Shown here one piece after another: positions 31,702-41,846 of a stretch of DNA of 64,000 nt. Source of the DNA: Escherichia phage vB_EcoS_VAH1. The position numbers and the translations under genes were made by a program. The stretch lies in sequence record MK373792.1; one strand, given 5' to 3'. The stretch's first letter is position 1. The number at the start of each line of letters is the position of its first letter. Below the pieces are notes generated by a model that was not told the DNA's origin, did not search any database, and was given only the letters and a program-made list of their open reading frames with translations.

Positions 31702-32469
31702 CTAGGTTCCTTGATTAACCTTAATTTTATATCTGGAGTGAATTAGGTCTCTTGCAGCTTTTGCTATAGCCTCACCAATAAGTTTTTGTGGGTTTCTAGC
31801 GCCAGGATAAGGTCGTAGGGATAATCTTCTGTATGTAGATACTGCCGGATTGAACACAGAATATGGACGAGTCATATAATTATATGTTACGTTTAGTTCA
31901 GGAGAGCCTTTACTAGTTTCAGAATCACGAAGCATAACATCTTTAATTTTTAAAGAGTTTGCAAAGCGACCGGTTCTAAACTTTAATGGTGCTCCAGCTT
32001 TTTTCATATCCTTTATTAAGTATTCTTTAGCAACTATCTCTAGTATAATCTTCATATTGCTGTTAGACACGAAACGTCCAGAAGCACCTGTTACTGCACC
32101 AGAATATCCATCTTCAACATCACTAGGATCACCAAAGTTTACCTGCACTCTACCAGTAGAACGTTTTTTACCTACTGAGGATTTTTTACCAGCGGTTGCT
32201 TGTATTAGATTCTCCAGAGCACCTAAATCTCCAGAAAGATCTAAACTAGAGGATACAGCTTTTAATATAGAAGCTGTTCTAATATTAAGGAGATCTTGTG
32301 ATACAGGTTTTGAAAACTTAAAAGATACTTGAGCAACAGTACCATCTCGGGTAGGATCTTTTAACCCTGTTTCAACAGAATATACAACGGTATTCTTATT
32401 GTTTTCAGATCGGCTTGCAGTATCTAGCTGCTCTTTAATAATTTGTCTAGCTAGATCAGAAAGAGACAT
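31702..32469 (-). CDS. putative head-tail joining / tail completion protein
   Basis: Position between the head and tail modules. Confidence 0.4.
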   Translation of the reverse strand: MSLSDLARQIIKEQLDTASRSENNKNTVVYSVETGLKDPTRDGTVAQVSFKFSKPVSQDLLNIRTASILKAVSSSLDLSGDLGALENLIQATAGKKSSVGKKRSTGRVQVNFGDPSDVEDGYSGAVTGASGRFVSNSNMKIILEIVAKEYLIKDMKKAGAPLKFRTGRFANSLKIKDVMLRDSETSKGSPELNVTYNYMTRPYSVFNPAVSTYRRLSLRPYPGARNPQKLIGEAIAKAARDLIHSRYKIKVNQGT

Positions 32470-32981
32470 TATACTCTCCTATATACTTCAATAATAGTAC
32501 GAATATGCTCTGGAATACCAGATTTAGTGTTATTGAAGGTTACTGTTTCACCACCAATTGTTCTAGCTTGGCGATAATCTTGTTTGTGCCAATGATCTAC
32601 TAGCATACATGCTGCAAGTTTGAGATCTTCAGGAATTGGGTTAAATCCACCTTGTGTGTACTCTACATCCATATAACCTTCTGGAGGACTAAATTTAAGA
32701 AGTATAACCCCATCAGAGTATAACTTATACTGTTCGGGATCTATCTCCTTATCATTAATAGTCATTTTGGTTACTGAAGTAGCTGAGGGAGAACTTAAAA
32801 AATATTTTTTTCTAGTAGGTTTTGTATTGATTAACTGGTCTACCGCATCAGCATCATCCATACCTAAAAGGCTAGTAATCAGCGCATTGGCAGCAGTAAT
32901 CATCATCTCTACTCCAGATTCTAGTTCAGGTCGTTTTAACCCGCCGTATAATCTATAGTCTTCAGCTGTGATTATTTGCAT
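32469..32981 (-). CDS. putative head completion protein
   Basis: Position immediately after the major capsid terminator. Confidence 0.4.
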   Translation of the reverse strand: MQIITAEDYRLYGGLKRPELESGVEMMITAANALITSLLGMDDADAVDQLINTKPTRKKYFLSSPSATSVTKMTINDKEIDPEQYKLYSDGVILLKFSPPEGYMDVEYTQGGFNPIPEDLKLAACMLVDHWHKQDYRQARTIGGETVTFNNTKSGIPEHIRTIIEVYRRV

Positions 32982-32988
32982 TTATTTT

Positions 32989-33022
32989 TCCCAATAAAAA
33001 AGGAGAGCCGAAGCTCTCCTTA
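32989..33022 (-). terminator. Rho-independent terminator after the major capsid protein gene
   Basis: On the minus strand: AGGAGAGC-TTCG-GCTCTCCT then TTTTTTATTGGG. Confidence 0.65.
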
Positions 33023-33040
33023 TCGGCTGAAAAGCCTGTA

Positions 33041-34417
33041 TTAAACGGAAGCGTAAGCACCAGATACAACGCCATTATTAAAGTAACGTTGCAGGTTAAC
33101 ACGCTGAGTAACGTAGTATGCGTCACGCTGTTTACCAGCTTGGCGCTCACGTTCAACAGTAACAGCACGCTGACGTGGCATTACGAAGTTATCTTTATAA
33201 ACAATAACTGCGAACTCTTTATCAGCCGCTTTAGCTGGGAAGTACTCAGAAACTACAACCGGCAGACCGTAAATACGACCAACTTGACCTTGCAGTTTAA
33301 CAGCATCATTACCAACCTGGGAAACATCCTGCCATTCTTCATCTTCCAGCAGATCGTAGTAAGCATCCATAGATACAATCAGTACCAGTTTGCTTAGCTT
33401 CAGACCATGACGGCCCAGTTTACGACGCAGTTTAGAGATAGTTTTAGCAGTTACCAGAACAGAACCATCAGCTTTAGCTTCGGTAGTAACTTTAGCACTA
33501 TCTTCACTAGCAAGAGTCAGCAGACCTTTCGGTTTACCAGAACCATCACCAGTCATGAAAGCTTCTTCGATAGAAACAGCATGTGCTTCAATCAGACGCT
33601 TACGCAGCAGCGGCAGCAGGGAGAAGATTGCATCTTCTTCAGTTTCATCAGTAATAAAGGACTTAGCAGCCAGTTTATAGGTCTTAAACTGGATTTCTTT
33701 AAGAGCGCCTTTAACTTCGTTACCAGTAGTTGTATCATTACCATAAGTAGAAGCATCTACCCAAGTAGCTTTACCAGCTTCTGGTTCAACCAGCATAGTA
33801 AGAATCTTACTGGACATCGGCAGTTCTTCGAACAGTGCACCAACTACCAGCTCTTTCTGCAGGTCACGAATGATACGCTGAGAGAAGATAGTTTCATAGC
33901 TTTCACTAGAAACTTCTACAGAAGAAGAGTTATTTACTGCCTTAAGATGATTCTGACCGTGTTCGGTTTCGAATACACCTTTTTCCATTACGTAAGACAA
34001 CAGAACCAGTTTTTCTACTTCATCTTCAAAGTTTTCCTGAGTACCATACAGTGCTTTAGCTACGCTATCACCGACGAAGGAACGACCTTCACGAGCTGTC
34101 AGCAGGGATTTGATTTCATCCTGAAGACCAACAATAGTTTCCTGCTGTTTTTCTACGGTTTGTGCAAACAGTTCTGCACTCTTCTTAGATTTCTCATCCA
34201 GCGACTTAACCAGTTCCAGAGCCTCTTCCAGACGCTTACGGTCTTCGCCAACTGCTTTAGAAACCAGGTCATTCATACGAGCCAGTTCTTTTTCTTCCTG
34301 CTCTTTACGCATACGTTCAGCTTCCTGAGCTTTCTGAGCAGCGGTCAGACCTTCCAGAGATTTAGCCAGATCACCCAGACCAAGTTCTTCTTTCAGCTTA
34401 TTAATATCAATAGTCAT
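33041..34417 (-). CDS. major capsid protein (HK97-fold)
   Basis: 458 aa; follows the protease gene, followed by a strong terminator; optimal codon usage; N-terminal coiled-coil scaffold-like delta domain. Confidence 0.9.
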   Translation of the reverse strand: MTIDINKLKEELGLGDLAKSLEGLTAAQKAQEAERMRKEQEEKELARMNDLVSKAVGEDRKRLEEALELVKSLDEKSKKSAELFAQTVEKQQETIVGLQDEIKSLLTAREGRSFVGDSVAKALYGTQENFEDEVEKLVLLSYVMEKGVFETEHGQNHLKAVNNSSSVEVSSESYETIFSQRIIRDLQKELVVGALFEELPMSSKILTMLVEPEAGKATWVDASTYGNDTTTGNEVKGALKEIQFKTYKLAAKSFITDETEEDAIFSLLPLLRKRLIEAHAVSIEEAFMTGDGSGKPKGLLTLASEDSAKVTTEAKADGSVLVTAKTISKLRRKLGRHGLKLSKLVLIVSMDAYYDLLEDEEWQDVSQVGNDAVKLQGQVGRIYGLPVVVSEYFPAKAADKEFAVIVYKDNFVMPRQRAVTVERERQAGKQRDAYYVTQRVNLQRYFNNGVVSGAYASV

Positions 34418-34434
34418 TTTTAAATAATTCTCCG

Positions 34435-35067
34435 TTATTCTTTAACGTAGCCTAAAGCTATCGCAAGTTTTTCTAGTTCAGAAAGATTACGTTCTTGAGC
34501 TGGGACAGCTTTAGAACTTATTGCAGTAAAAGATTTACGCCATTCAGTATAATCATGACCATTCATGCTCTTAGCGAGATTGAACGTTGAGTCCTGATTA
34601 CAAGGTACAGAAACTACCGAAACTTCGTATAGTTCTAAATCTTTAATAATAAATATATCAGTAGCTTCATCCCACTCTGCATCTAGGCAGCGGAATCCGA
34701 TACTAAAAGTTTTCAGTACACCGTTTTTAATTAGTGAAAAGATAGCCGGGTCAGAACTTTCATAGATCTCGCATTCGATTTCGAGACCCATTTCAGTAGG
34801 GTTAAGATCAATACACTTGCCGATTGGACGACGATGATCGTGTCCGAAAAGAATAATCGGGTTTTTCATGTAGTTAGCAAGTGCATTAGATGTTTTCCAC
34901 GCAGAAGCAGGAATTACATCACCAGCGCGATCTTTACTAATTGTGTTAGCGAATCCACGGATTTTTACAACACCTTCTTTGGATTCGCTATCAATAGATT
35001 TAATATAAGCATCTAAATGAACGGGTGCTGATTTTAACTTGTTATAGTCAATAGCAGCTTGTGTCAT
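34435..35067 (-). CDS. prohead protease
   Basis: 210-aa ORF between the decoration/portal genes and the capsid gene; contains HDHRRPIG-like motif. Confidence 0.7.
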   Translation of the reverse strand: MTQAAIDYNKLKSAPVHLDAYIKSIDSESKEGVVKIRGFANTISKDRAGDVIPASAWKTSNALANYMKNPIILFGHDHRRPIGKCIDLNPTEMGLEIECEIYESSDPAIFSLIKNGVLKTFSIGFRCLDAEWDEATDIFIIKDLELYEVSVVSVPCNQDSTFNLAKSMNGHDYTEWRKSFTAISSKAVPAQERNLSELEKLAIALGYVKE

Positions 35068-35070
35068 TTA

Positions 35071-35562
35071 TTAGCCTCCAACACCAGGATTAACTGTAGT
35101 TACACACTCGTTAGAGGTTAAACTAGCTTGTTTACTATCAGTAACTACTACTTTATAAGTACCAGCGTCATCCTCAGCAGCACTAGCCTTAGTAAAGTTA
35201 GGTCCTGATGCTTCTTCTAGAGGGGAACCATCCTTAGTCCAAGCATACGTATATGGGGCTGTACCGCCACTAACTGTTACGCTTAGATTAATTGCCGCTC
35301 CAGTATCAACTGCCAAAGTTTTCTCTAGATTCTTGGTAAAAGCCAGCGGAGGGGTAGGAGGAGCAGGAGGAACTGCTTTACCATAAGCCTCTACAAATTT
35401 CTTCCATACTTTACGGTTAGTATGCGCAGATGAAAGCCCTAGTTCTCTACGCAGAAAAGCATAGCTAGGAACATATTTATTCGCAGCAACCGTAGCAAAG
35501 AAGATATGAGATTCTGGCAGTTTTTCACCAAAAATGGTCTTTAGACCATTATAATCAATCAT
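35071..35562 (-). CDS. capsid decoration protein with Ig-like domain
   Basis: 163 aa; C-terminal Ig-like segment ...TVSGGTAPYTYAWTKDGSPL.... Confidence 0.6.
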   Translation of the reverse strand: MIDYNGLKTIFGEKLPESHIFFATVAANKYVPSYAFLRRELGLSSAHTNRKVWKKFVEAYGKAVPPAPPTPPLAFTKNLEKTLAVDTGAAINLSVTVSGGTAPYTYAWTKDGSPLEEASGPNFTKASAAEDDAGTYKVVVTDSKQASLTSNECVTTVNPGVGG

Positions 35563-36776
35563 TCTTTATCTCCCTCGGTGGAACCTTGAGGTCTACCACC
35601 TTCTTGACCAGATACACCTGTTGCAGAACCAGCAACGTTAGCAGGAATACGAATCCTATCCATCTGCTCATCATCTAAAGGTTCAAGGTTCAGCTCTAAA
35701 CGAGCTTCGTTACCAGTCATAATACCATTATTAACCAATGAGGTTAAATGTTTAGCCTCAGCTTCTTTATCTGGTGTTAATGCAGCTACCTCCTTAGTAT
35801 TGGGGGTAATCTTATAACCAAAAAAGAAAGTAAGAGAACTAGTCAGTTTGTTCAGCATAGGAATGATAGTCATATAATAGAACAATTCGATGTTTGGTCG
35901 AATATTCGCATTATTACCACCATCAAGTAGTACTTGCGGAACTCCAAAGGCTAGACAAATAGATTTATTAAATCCTTCGATGTCTTCCTTAAAGTCTAGA
36001 TCTTTAAAAGAGGATATTTGGGAGTACGGTTTAGCTTTCATACCACCATCTAGAATCAGGACAGAAGACTGACCCGTACTAGGATTATAATCGAGTTGTA
36101 ATTCTTCTTGTTTACGCTCACGCAATTTCTTGTTCAGGATTTCATCCGTCTCAAGAATAAGACCAATCACGGTTCCGTTATCTAGGAATTTCTCTTTAAA
36201 GTTAAGCATCTTAGAACGCTTCTCAAGAGAATCAATAACAGTAGCAACACGAGATTGTCCAGAAATTTGAGAATTTGTGCCACACACGTAACTGTTATCC
36301 TTTATAAAGATAATCTCATCTACGCGATAGTCTATCTGATTATTAAATATAAATTTTTTGATAAACTTATTGGCATCTGCCTCGACCTGCATAAGAGCGG
36401 CCGGGACATGGTAAAGCGATGTGCCATCCCAATAGATGTATGCACAACCTTCAAAAAGTAGGTCAGTGACTACAAGTCTACGGAATGTGCTTATATCCAT
36501 GAATGGATTAGGTCGTACATTTAAGAGAGTGTCTAGAGTCTTTGTCTTGATGCCATTGGCATACGTGACAATATTATATTTATCTCCGACAGTATAAGAA
36601 CACTCCGCCGCACTATCTATAACCATATTGGCAGTTCGATTGAGAATCTCAATCTTGCTATAGGCTTGTCCAGTGGTAAAAGGCTTACGGTTAGTGCGAT
36701 GACTAACTGGTTCCATGTCTCTTATAATACGTTGACCCGGATTTAACTTTTCAGTAATCCAGCTTTTTAAACCCAT
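35559..36776 (-). CDS. portal protein
   Basis: 405 aa, directly downstream of the terminase and HNH genes. Confidence 0.8.
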   Translation of the reverse strand: MGLKSWITEKLNPGQRIIRDMEPVSHRTNRKPFTTGQAYSKIEILNRTANMVIDSAAECSYTVGDKYNIVTYANGIKTKTLDTLLNVRPNPFMDISTFRRLVVTDLLFEGCAYIYWDGTSLYHVPAALMQVEADANKFIKKFIFNNQIDYRVDEIIFIKDNSYVCGTNSQISGQSRVATVIDSLEKRSKMLNFKEKFLDNGTVIGLILETDEILNKKLRERKQEELQLDYNPSTGQSSVLILDGGMKAKPYSQISSFKDLDFKEDIEGFNKSICLAFGVPQVLLDGGNNANIRPNIELFYYMTIIPMLNKLTSSLTFFFGYKITPNTKEVAALTPDKEAEAKHLTSLVNNGIMTGNEARLELNLEPLDDEQMDRIRIPANVAGSATGVSGQEGGRPQGSTEGDKE

Positions 36777-37213
36777 TATAAGAACCTTGCGAATCCTGAT
36801 TTTATTTCAGTCTTGACTTGTGTCTTTTCTTGAGGATTCTGTAATTTGTCTTTCTGCTTTTGAACCCACACTTTTTGCTTATTAGCAGAAAATAAAGGAG
36901 GTTCTTTTGTGTAAACCTTATGTAATAGTTGGTGATGGTGTACACAAAGGGTAACAGTGTCTTCTACTAGCTCATGCCTATATCGATCATAGAATGCCGT
37001 CCTATTTGAAAGGACTGTTTCTTCGTCAGTGAAATCCAATTGGAGTTCTTTAGCAAATTTTTTAACTAGTAGAGACACCGTATGGTAATGATGAAGCTCT
37101 AATTCTTCAGCACAACCGCAGATAGCACATTGAGAGTCTTTTTTATATTGACTTTTTATTCCGTCTCTCATAAGGGATATAGCATCGCGTTTATATTTTA
37201 TATTGCTTGCCAT
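36776..37213 (-). CDS. HNH endonuclease (terminase-associated)
   Basis: CAICGC...ELHHYH...LCVHHHQLLH zinc-finger/HNH motif. Start set at ATG 37211-37213 after RBS GAGGAG. Confidence 0.7.
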   Translation of the reverse strand: MASNIKYKRDAISLMRDGIKSQYKKDSQCAICGCAEELELHHYHTVSLLVKKFAKELQLDFTDEETVLSNRTAFYDRYRHELVEDTVTLCVHHHQLLHKVYTKEPPLFSANKQKVWVQKQKDKLQNPQEKTQVKTEIKSGFARFL

Positions 37214-37327
37214 AGTGTTCTCCTCAACTGTATGAATATAGTATACATAATCGTATCGAATTTGTAAAGGGGATTTTAAAATACAGGAATGGGATACCAA
37301 CTGAGTAGTATCCCATCCTATACTTAT

Positions 37328-37840
37328 TTATTTACCGCGGGAAATAGAGTAAATTCCATAGCGCAGCGCATCACAAAGGTGAGAGTTAGCATCATGACGT
37401 GGTTTTTCACGTGATAATTTCTCTTCACCTTCTTGGAAATCCCACTTATAGTTCTGCAATGCATGGATTAGTGAGGAACATGAAGCATCTACAATAATCT
37501 TGCCCTGCTGGAATAGCGCTTGCAAGCATGCTAGACCATCTAGGACAGATTTTTTAGCTGGAGCTGATGCAATTTCGTGCTCGTAAGCTAAGTCCTGGCG
37601 GAACTGAGCGGCGGCAGAGTCAACAAAAATACGATCAACTTTATAACGATCTATACAGTGCTGAATATAAGCAGCATGCTGAGCTGTAGTTTTTTCAGCC
37701 TGCTGGTATTCTTCTAACACGTAGTAGGTATCCGTATCGTAATGATATTTAATAGTAAGAACTGCTGTAGGATCACGATAACCAACGTCAATACCAAGCA
37801 ACGTTTCGAATGCTTCATCATCTTTAAAGAAGTGACGCAT
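37328..37840 (-). CDS. terminase large subunit, C-terminal nuclease domain (frame open up to about 37941)
   Basis: Terminase nuclease region. The frame continues upstream as NYFRQEYEADFSVFEGQIFDTFNAIDHV... to a stop adjacent to the frameshift site. Confidence 0.8.
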   Translation of the reverse strand: MRHFFKDDEAFETLLGIDVGYRDPTAVLTIKYHYDTDTYYVLEEYQQAEKTTAQHAAYIQHCIDRYKVDRIFVDSAAAQFRQDLAYEHEIASAPAKKSVLDGLACLQALFQQGKIIVDASCSSLIHALQNYKWDFQEGEEKLSREKPRHDANSHLCDALRYGIYSISRGK

Positions 37841-38643
37841 ACCTTTGAGATCTTTAACATGATCAATAGCATTAAAGGTATCAAAGATCTGGCCTTCGAA
37901 TACAGAGAAGTCAGCCTCGTATTCTTGGCGGAAGTAGTTTTACTAACTGTACGACGTGCTTCCTCAATGTCATTCAGGTCAGCACGTGGGTTATCACGAT
38001 ATGTACCATGAATAGATACCCAGTTAGGCAACGTATCATCAAATCCGTAGGCGTAAAATTCTTTAAACCAGTTACCCCCACGAGGGGTGGAAATAAATAG
38101 AGCTTTAGAATTAGGTTTATCTAGAGTAGGACGCAGCTGAACCCTGAAGGCATCACCACCCACATCGGAAATTGCCGCCTCGTCAAAGATGATAAAATCA
38201 TATGAACGTCCAACTGCGGAGTCAGCCTGAGCCGCGGAAGCTAGTTTAAATAGAGAACCATTAGCTAACTCAATCTCTTTATCTTTAGCGTTTTCACGTT
38301 CGGTTTGTAGGCCATACTTCTTAATAAGACCACGAATCTGAGACCATCCGATATTGGCCAGTGAGTAGTTAGGGGCAACTACTAGCACCTTCACATTAGG
38401 TTCCAGCAATTTTAGGAACCCAAGTGTATACGCTATAAAAGATTTACCTACACGGCGTGATACACACGCCGTTACAAAACGATGTCTAGGGTCTTCTAGC
38501 GCATTGATAATTGCTATTTGAGGGCCGTTAGGTGTAATACCCTCTTGTGCTAGTATTCCGGAAACGGGTAAACGAAAGAAACGCTTATCTATTCCGAAAT
38601 CAATAACATCTACTGTATTAACATAAGGTCTTGATACTTCCAT
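37714..38643 (-). CDS. terminase large subunit, N-terminal ATPase domain (frameshifted gene)
   Basis: Walker A-like SRRVGKS and Walker B YDFIIFDEAA. After ...DIEEARRTVSK the frame turns into low-complexity garbage. Confidence 0.85.
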   Translation of the reverse strand: MEVSRPYVNTVDVIDFGIDKRFFRLPVSGILAQEGITPNGPQIAIINALEDPRHRFVTACVSRRVGKSFIAYTLGFLKLLEPNVKVLVVAPNYSLANIGWSQIRGLIKKYGLQTERENAKDKEIELANGSLFKLASAAQADSAVGRSYDFIIFDEAAISDVGGDAFRVQLRPTLDKPNSKALFISTPRGGNWFKEFYAYGFDDTLPNWVSIHGTYRDNPRADLNDIEEARRTVSKTTSAKNTRLTSLYSKARSLIPLMLLIMLKISKVCVTSLKMMKHSKRCLVLTLVIVILQQFLLLNIITIRIPTTC

Positions 38644-39125
38644 TACTTCTTACCTCCAGTAGCTAGGGAAGTGATTAAGTCCATGTAATTTTGATCCCCA
38701 GCTCCAGCAATAATGTTATTCTGGATATTGGTCTGATTAGCAGGAGCTCGGACGGCAGCTTTAGCTTTTTCTAGCTCTACCATCATCTTCATTTCTTCCA
38801 TCTTCATTTTGTGTGCTTTCCAGAGAATATCCATAATATCTTGGTCAGAACCCATGCCGGTTTCTTCCAGTTCCTCTAGTTTACGCTTGATAACTTCATC
38901 CAGAACACCAAATAAACGATCCCTATTACGGAAACCACTCTCCATAAAAATATCATTTAAGTAGTTCTTAACTTCACTACGATTCATAATATCTCGGAAA
39001 GCAATTTCGGACATTCCAAGACTACGTGCGGCAGAAGGCACATCGCTGCCACACTGTAAATAAGCTTCAATTACATCCATCCCTTCAGGGGACATAAGAT
39101 CTGGTACTAATACATCATTTGCCAT
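38643..39125 (-). CDS. putative terminase small subunit (HTH protein)
   Basis: 160-aa ORF immediately upstream of the terminase large subunit; HTH-like [19 protein letters not shown]. Confidence 0.5.
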   Translation of the reverse strand: MANDVLVPDLMSPEGMDVIEAYLQCGSDVPSAARSLGMSEIAFRDIMNRSEVKNYLNDIFMESGFRNRDRLFGVLDEVIKRKLEELEETGMGSDQDIMDILWKAHKMKMEEMKMMVELEKAKAAVRAPANQTNIQNNIIAGAGDQNYMDLITSLATGGKK

Positions 39126-39135
39126 ATTTCCTCCT

Positions 39136-40665
39136 TTAGGTAAGGCGTTGAACTGTTACTCTTAATCTAGGTAGGAAAACTGCGCTACCCAAACTCACGT
39201 GCATAACTACTCCTAACTCTACATTTCCATTTCCTAGATTTTTAACGGTATATATAAAACTGTTTCTACTAAGAGCATTGTTAGGTGTATATCTAAAAGC
39301 AGATGTAGTATGAAAAGGTACTAGATAACCCACAGGTAGCGTTAAAATCTGGTGGAATATTGCATCTCCATTACTATAACTATGCGCTTTTCTTCCTTGT
39401 ACTTGAAATACACCATTATTCCATGTATTAGCTGGAACACCCGCACAATTAAGATTACCTGATATAACTTCAGTAGTAAGAATTACGGTAGCATTTCCGC
39501 CTGGTATACCTAGCCCAATAGTTGATAAACCAACGTATCTATCCCCAGTTCCTGGATAGTGGGGTGTAATATCATCTCCCATATAAGAACTACCTACATT
39601 TCCACTAAAAAGTCGAAGTGGAACTGCTGATGGTCCCCAAACAATCCCATGTTCATTACCAATAGTATTATTATTTGAGTTTACATACCATTGTTTACCG
39701 GCCCCAAATTTATAAATACTAATTTGAGATTTAGCCCCTCCGTAATCTACAGGAGACCACAACCCTCCATTACTAGACCCTACAAGTTCACACCTTGCAG
39801 TGGTATCCCCAAAAACCCCAGTATACGCTGCGTTATTCCCTATATACTCCATATCAGGACGGTAACCTAGGTTACCAAAAGCATTCTGATTTATAAATTT
39901 ATACCCGGTATTAGGGAGACTTACCCCTTTAATTATGAAATTAGAAGGAGATATAAGAATATCAGAACCAGTAAAGGGATTGCCTGAAATACTCATACCT
40001 CCATTCGAGTACCTTAAATTAAGAACATACCAAATAACCTTAGTAGGAGTTATATTATACCAGTCCTGTATTACCGTAGGATTGCCAGACTGATTAGCCA
40101 AATTAGTAGTAGATCCCCTACAAACAAATCTGTTCCCACCGTCGTGGTACATAGTATTTACACTACCTGGGAGCCCTTGCCTAACCCCACCATACCCACG
40201 TATATTAGAATTACAAACATAAAACCAATCATGCCCTCTATGCGCTGCTCCTAGAGGTGACATCCATCCGGGATCCCAATAGTACGGGTTATTCCCATCT
40301 ACAGGTACTGTACTACTGTTAGTAGGAAACCCTAATTGTGCAAAAGCTTCTGCAACAGTAACACCTACAGGAGCTCCCGCACCGGGCCTAACTATACCAT
40401 GGTAGGTACTATGTAATGTAGTACCCCCTGTGCCACTCCTAGATATAGATTCTTCATGCCCTAGAGAGGGATTATAATTATAAGTTCCAGATGCTAGACT
40501 ATTACCAAAGGCAAATCCACTGGTTTGAGAAACACTAGCAAAAGATCTAAAGGGATCTGCCTGGGTGGCAACTATAGTTTGACCAACTTTACTCTGAGTA
40601 CCATTAAGAAAAGCTCTGTGAGTACCATTTATCTCAATAGCAGTTAGTAACTCTACCTGGGTCAT
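39136..40665 (-). CDS. receptor-binding tail protein (T5 pb5-like), C-terminal part
   Basis: 509-aa Gly/Asn/Thr/Ser-rich ORF next to a divergent llp-like lipoprotein gene; overlaps the preceding 85-aa ORF by 32 nt in another frame. Confidence 0.55.
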   Translation of the reverse strand: MTQVELLTAIEINGTHRAFLNGTQSKVGQTIVATQADPFRSFASVSQTSGFAFGNSLASGTYNYNPSLGHEESISRSGTGGTTLHSTYHGIVRPGAGAPVGVTVAEAFAQLGFPTNSSTVPVDGNNPYYWDPGWMSPLGAAHRGHDWFYVCNSNIRGYGGVRQGLPGSVNTMYHDGGNRFVCRGSTTNLANQSGNPTVIQDWYNITPTKVIWYVLNLRYSNGGMSISGNPFTGSDILISPSNFIIKGVSLPNTGYKFINQNAFGNLGYRPDMEYIGNNAAYTGVFGDTTARCELVGSSNGGLWSPVDYGGAKSQISIYKFGAGKQWYVNSNNNTIGNEHGIVWGPSAVPLRLFSGNVGSSYMGDDITPHYPGTGDRYVGLSTIGLGIPGGNATVILTTEVISGNLNCAGVPANTWNNGVFQVQGRKAHSYSNGDAIFHQILTLPVGYLVPFHTTSAFRYTPNNALSRNSFIYTVKNLGNGNVELGVVMHVSLGSAVFLPRLRVTVQRLT

Positions 40666-40891
40666 TAGATTTAATATTTATTATGTCAGAGGGCATTTGA
40701 CATACAAAAAACCCATTCCCGGCATTACCTAATGCAGCCTCATAAGTACCATCAACTAGGACAAATGGCATATCACTATGAAAAATACTATTGGCATTTG
40801 GACTATAGTGACGATTAATGTCACCACCAGATTCAGTATTTAAAGATAGTACGGTCTTACCATCGCTATATTTTCCAGCGAAAAAACCCAT
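40634..40891 (-). CDS. receptor-binding tail protein, N-terminal 85-aa fragment
   Basis: Strong RBS AGGAGA before the ATG at 40889-40891; ends in frame conflict with 39136..40665. Confidence 0.5.
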   Translation of the reverse strand: MGFFAGKYSDGKTVLSLNTESGGDINRHYSPNANSIFHSDMPFVLVDGTYEAALGNAGNGFFVCQMPSDIINIKSNDPGRVTNCY

Positions 40892-40916
40892 ATAATCTCC
40901 TATTATAAAAATGTAT

Positions 40917-40945
40917 TTGCTTTCATCCCTCTATTTTGCTATAAT
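40917..40945 (+). promoter_or_regulatory. sigma70-type promoter for the llp-like gene
   Basis: TTGCTT (40917-40922), 17-bp spacer, TATAAT (40940-40945). Confidence 0.55.
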
Positions 40946-40976
40946 AGATTCATAAATTAGAAATGGAGAGATAAAT

Positions 40977-41243
40977 ATGAAAAAGTTTGTGATTGCACTA
41001 GTTGCCGCAGTTATGTTGTCTGGTTGTGCACCTACCCCCAAACCATTTTGTACGGGATTTGTAAAATCTTTTGGCGGTGCTGGGGAGGAGCATTACGGCC
41101 TCAAGGTTCAAAAAGTTCGTATTAAGGGAGATCGCTTCCCAGTAGTACAGCTCCGTACTAAGTTTGGGTGGTGGGATCTCAGTCAGTTTGACCTTAAATA
41201 CGGTGATTGTAAATTTAAACTAGAGCAATCTAACTACCTGTAA
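40977..41243 (+). CDS. llp: lipoprotein, Llp-like receptor-blocking/superinfection-exclusion candidate
   Basis: Signal peptide with lipobox LSGC (MKKFVIALVAAVMLSGC); divergent to and adjacent to the receptor-binding protein gene, as for llp/oad in T5. Confidence 0.65.
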   Translation: MKKFVIALVAAVMLSGCAPTPKPFCTGFVKSFGGAGEEHYGLKVQKVRIKGDRFPVVQLRTKFGWWDLSQFDLKYGDCKFKLEQSNYL

Positions 41244-41419
41244 TTAGTATAAAGCAAAAAGACATCCAAGTAAACTAAATTTTTTATTTCTTGGATGGTG
41301 TACTGGCAGAAACCACTATATAAGAAAAGTAGAAGTCCTTCTAGGAGTTCACAGGCACGGTTGGTTGTACACAAATTATAGAATATTTCAAAAATCACAT
41401 TTATAGGAGTATGAAAGAT

Positions 41420-41548
41420 ATGTCAAACAAAAGAAAGAGCAGACGCGGAGAAGTGTACGATAGCTGGATTAATAGTTTTGGACTTGGTACTATCCTATTC
41501 TTTATTTTCGTAGGTTTTTGGTTAGCAGCTATGGCGGGGTGGATTTAA
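41420..41548 (+). CDS. small membrane protein (42 aa)
   Basis: Basic N-terminus plus one TM helix; RBS AGGAG about 10 nt upstream; stop overlaps the next start (TAATG). Confidence 0.4.
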   Translation: MSNKRKSRRGEVYDSWINSFGLGTILFFIFVGFWLAAMAGWI

Positions 41549-41655
41549 TGGAATGGGTAATTATTGCACTACTAGGGATTGTGATTATCGGGCAATGTAT
41601 TTTAGATAATCACTTAGCTAGAATTGAAACCTTATTAACGGAGAAACGTAAATGA
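41548..41655 (+). CDS. small membrane protein (35 aa)
   Basis: One TM helix; translationally coupled to its neighbours. Confidence 0.35.
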   Translation: MEWVIIALLGIVIIGQCILDNHLARIETLLTEKRK

Positions 41656-41846
41656 TGGAAGTAGTAGCTACACTAATAGTAATACTAGTATGGGCAACTT
41701 TCATTGTTTCTTATAACGCGTATGTTCGCCTAAAAACTCTAGAAGCTCAAGTAAAACAACAACAAGTTACTCTAGAAAAGCTAGTACTACTGCAACGTTG
41801 TGATAGCACCCGTATTCTGCAAATTGAGAGGGAATTAGATGTTTAG
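41652..41846 (+). CDS. small membrane protein (64 aa)
   Basis: N-terminal TM helix followed by a coiled-coil-like tail; ATGA overlap with the previous ORF. Confidence 0.5.
   Translation: MMEVVATLIVILVWATFIVSYNAYVRLKTLEAQVKQQQVTLEKLVLLQRCDSTRILQIERELDV

Noticed and set aside
33089-34423. Long antisense ORFs (33089..33397 and 33407..34423, + strand) opposite the major capsid gene
   Set aside because: Phe/Asn/Ser-rich nonsense translation with no RBS; the minus-strand capsid frame has a start, a stop and a terminator.
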